Positions 61,311-64,000 of a stretch of DNA of 64,000 bases are shown here, one piece after another. The notes beneath the pieces are model-generated. The model was not told the DNA's origin. It made no database searches and saw only the letters and a list, made by a program, of their open reading frames with translations. How positions within the stretch are numbered: position 1 is the first letter of the stretch; every line of letters begins with the position of its first letter. The stretch is from Pirellulales bacterium (lineage in GTDB: Bacteria; Planctomycetota; Planctomycetia; Pirellulales; PALSA-1355): contig CAVTBU010000004.1 in NCBI GenBank assembly GCA_963733035.1, positions 288,001 through 352,000 on the forward strand. The letters are read 5' to 3'. The translations under genes were made by a program, and so were the position numbers.

Positions 61311-62666
61311 ATGGAACCGGCATCCCAGCTAGAGGCAGAAAACCGAACGCAGGCAGCCTATCGCCGCGCCCGGCAGATCATTCCAGGGGGCACGCAACTG
61401 CTGAGCAAGCGACCGGAAATGTACGCGCCCGAACAGTGGCCCGCGTATTATGCCGAAGCGCGCGGCTGCGATGTTACCGACCTCGACGGCCGCCGCTACG
61501 TCGACATGTCGACCTCCGGCATCGGCGCGTGCTTGTTGGGCTATGCCGATCCGGACGTCACCGCTGCCGTGGTGCGCCGCGTCCAGCGGGGTTCGATGTG
61601 CACGCTCAACTGTCCAGAAGAGCTCGAACTTGCGGAGCTGTTGCTCTCGCTGCACCCGTGGGCCGAACAAGCGCGGTTCTGTCGCTCGGGAGGCGAGGCA
61701 ATGGCCATTGCCGTGCGTCTGGCGCGAGCCGCGACTGGGCGAGACCGGGTCGCATTCTGCGGATACCACGGCTGGTCCGATTGGTACCTGGCCGCCAATT
61801 TGCCGGTTCCTGGAGAAGACGACCGCGACGATCCGTTGCGTGGTCACCTATTACCGGGGCTGCCACCAACTGGCGTTCCTCGGGGTCTCGCCGGCACGGC
61901 GCTGCCCTTCACTTACAATCACCTGGACCAGCTTGAACGACTCGTGCGGCGGTACGGCCAGGAACTTGGCGCAGTCGTGATGGAGCCAACTCGCTCGGTC
62001 GACCCGCAGCCTGGCTTTCTTGAAGGAGTGAAGGAGCTGTGCCGCTCTTGCGGCGCCGTTCTGATTTTTGACGAAATCTCCGCCGGCTGGCGGTTTGCGC
62101 TGGGTGGAGCGCACTTGCACTACGGCGTGACGCCCGACGTGGCCGTGTTCGCCAAAGCTCTTGGTAATGGGCATCCCATTGCCGCGATCATCGGGCGGCG
62201 AGACGTCATGCAAGCCGCCCAGACTTCCTTCATTTCGAGCACCTATTGGACGGAGGGCGTGGGCTATGCCGCCGCAGTGGCCACGTTGCGCAAGATGCAA
62301 CAAGTGGACGTGCGATCGTACGTTCGTCAGATCGGTGAACAGTTTCGCGAGGGTTGGCGCGAGCTGAGCGCCAAGCACGACGTACCAATGCGGCTCGCGG
62401 GGCATCCGGTCCTTCTCTCGCTCGGCTTCGATCACCCCGACGCCGCAGCGTTGAGTACGCTGCTGACAACACGCATGCTTGAGCGCGGCTTCCTCGTAGG
62501 CGTCGGATTCTATCCCACCCTCGCGCACCAACCCGCCCATGTGACTGCCTGTCTGGACGCCGCCGACGACGTGATGGCGGAACTTGCGACGGCAATTCGG
62601 CAGAACGACGTTACCACACGACTTGCCGGTCCCGTTCGACACACCGGTTTCGCACGGCTCACGTAA
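61311..62666 (+). CDS. Class III PLP aminotransferase (GSA-aminomutase-like)
   Basis: SGGEA, GYHGW, LIFDEI..GWR, FAKALGNG (PLP Lys), SSTY. Confidence 0.88.
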   Translation: MEPASQLEAENRTQAAYRRARQIIPGGTQLLSKRPEMYAPEQWPAYYAEARGCDVTDLDGRRYVDMSTSGIGACLLGYADPDVTAAVVRRVQRGSMCTLNCPEELELAELLLSLHPWAEQARFCRSGGEAMAIAVRLARAATGRDRVAFCGYHGWSDWYLAANLPVPGEDDRDDPLRGHLLPGLPPTGVPRGLAGTALPFTYNHLDQLERLVRRYGQELGAVVMEPTRSVDPQPGFLEGVKELCRSCGAVLIFDEISAGWRFALGGAHLHYGVTPDVAVFAKALGNGHPIAAIIGRRDVMQAAQTSFISSTYWTEGVGYAAAVATLRKMQQVDVRSYVRQIGEQFREGWRELSAKHDVPMRLAGHPVLLSLGFDHPDAAALSTLLTTRMLERGFLVGVGFYPTLAHQPAHVTACLDAADDVMAELATAIRQNDVTTRLAGPVRHTGFARLT

Positions 62667-62741
62667 TAACGAAAACATCTGAAATGACTTGTCGCGACTG
62701 CCCTCCGTTTTCCGCAACCCTCTAAAAAGATCGGATCCTCC

Positions 62742-63564
62742 ATGCGTTTCAGTCGTGTAAAGGCGAAGCTTCGCCGTGGCGAACACGCGCTCATTGTGGC
62801 GTGCCATTTCGCCGATCCCAGTGTTTACGAAATGACCAGCCTGATGGGCTTCGACGGTATTTGGCTTGACCTCGAGCACCATTCCACGAGTTTGGAAACT
62901 GCCTCGAATTTGATGCGCACCGCACGTGTCGGCGGGGCGGATATCATCGCGCAATGCGCTCGCTGGGAAAGCATGCGGATGGGCCGCATTCTGGAGGCCG
63001 GCGCAGGGCATCATGTATCCGCGCTGCGAAACGGCAGACGAAGCCGCCGAGGTCGTCCGTTGGGCGAAATTCGGCCCGCAGGGACAGCGCGGCATCGATG
63101 GTGCGAATCCCGATAATCCGTACTGTTCGACCCCCATGGCTCGCTACTTCGAACTGGCCAATGAACACACGCTGCTGGTGATCCAATTGGAGTCGCCGTT
63201 GGCCTTGGAAAATGCTGACGCGATTGCCGCCGTGCCGGGCGTCGACGTGCTGATGCTGGGTCCCGGGGACTTCAGCGTGCTTTCCGGCATCCCGTGTCAG
63301 CTTGACCACCCCATCGTTCACGATGCCTTCCGTCGCGTGTCGCAAGCCGCCAAAGGGGCTGGCAAATTCTGGGGCACCGTCAGTCCCTCGCCTGAACACT
63401 CACGGATGCTGATGGACCTGGGCGCTCAGTTCATTTGTCACGGCGTTGATATTCTCTATCTCAAACAAGCTTGGGAGGGAATCCAAGAGCGATACGGGAA
63501 GCTCGGCTTTAAGTTCGACAACCGCCTGGCGGCCGAGGCCGCCGAGTTGAGCAAGATGTCATGA
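62742..63564 (+). CDS. HpcH/HpaI aldolase family, split by a frameshift near 63002
   Basis: GFDGIWLDLEH, LEAGA joining QGIMYP, G.RG, QLES, GPGD. Confidence 0.82.
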
Positions 63565-64000
63565 CGGACCGGCCACGTGTACTTGTCGTGGGAGCGGGTT
63601 CCATCGGTGAGCGGCATCTTCGCTGTTTTGCCGCGACCGGTCGTGCACGGTTGTCCCTCTGTGAAATCAACGCCACGGTTCGCCGAACCGTCGCCGAGCG
63701 CTACTCGATTGACGACCAATACGAAACGTACGCCGAGGCGTTGACCGGCCAGCCGGAGATTGTCATGCTGTGCACGCCCGCACATTTGCATGTGCCGATG
63801 GCGATTGAAGCGGCCCGCGCGGGTGCCCATTTGCTTATCGAAAAGCCGCTGAGCACCTCCACGGAAAGAATAGACGAATTGACGCGAATTGTCCGCGAGC
63901 GCGGCCTTGTGGCATCCGTTGCCTACGTCTCTCGCTGCCATCCGGCCCTGACGGCTATGCGGGCAGCGCTGCAGGAGGGCCGGTTCGGCAAGCCACTCGA
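63561..64000 (+). CDS. Gfo/Idh/MocA oxidoreductase, runs off the window
   Basis: ATGA overlap; MTDRPRVLVVGAGSIGERH, TP..H, EKPL. Confidence 0.85.
   Translation, partial: MTDRPRVLVVGAGSIGERHLRCFAATGRARLSLCEINATVRRTVAERYSIDDQYETYAEALTGQPEIVMLCTPAHLHVPMAIEAARAGAHLLIEKPLSTSTERIDELTRIVRERGLVASVAYVSRCHPALTAMRAALQEGRFGKPL

Noticed and set aside
61851..63137. Long antisense or shadow ORFs (also 39353-40453, 24389-25462, 3176-4177, 60839-61936)
   Set aside because: They overlap well-supported genes and lack motifs; such ORFs are expected in GC-rich DNA.
1..64000. CRISPR arrays, tRNA/rRNA, IS elements, integrases, prophage, defence systems
   Set aside because: No regularly spaced short repeats, RNA-gene signatures or such protein motifs were seen by eye. 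Small RNAs could have been missed.

Overview
GC-rich chromosomal segment, almost certainly from a planctomycete (Pirellulales-like: it has an LRLEALEQRHLL export motif and a planctomycete-type C-terminal surface domain). From left to right it holds: (1) the end of an RND efflux operon with an OmpR/HAMP-kinase pair; (2) a nitrate-reduction island; (3) a ~2250-aa three-module CSLREA/beta-helix surface protein with near-identical internal DNA repeats; (4) TetR/P450, SRPBCC/ArsR and small metabolic genes including galT; (5) a large RND locus with two TolC-like genes, a small ORF ending PLRC, two MFP+RND pairs, an OprO/P-type porin and a broken fur; (6) a sigma54-linked phosphorelay cluster; (7) a probable sugar-acid metabolism locus. 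The nitrate island is the most novel part. It contains a NarX-domain sensor on a FixL-type kinase with a FixJ-type regulator, NarK, a nitrite reductase apparently fused to rubredoxin-like, Rieske and FAD/NAD(P) reductase domains, a DmsB-DmsC-like fusion, and a Nas/Nap-family Mo nitrate reductase with no Tat signal. Nine reading-frame breaks in otherwise intact genes all lie at or beside GCGC, which suggests motif-specific sequencing error rather than real pseudogenes. I saw no rRNA, tRNA, CRISPR array or transposase. All calls come from motif recognition by eye; no database searches were run.
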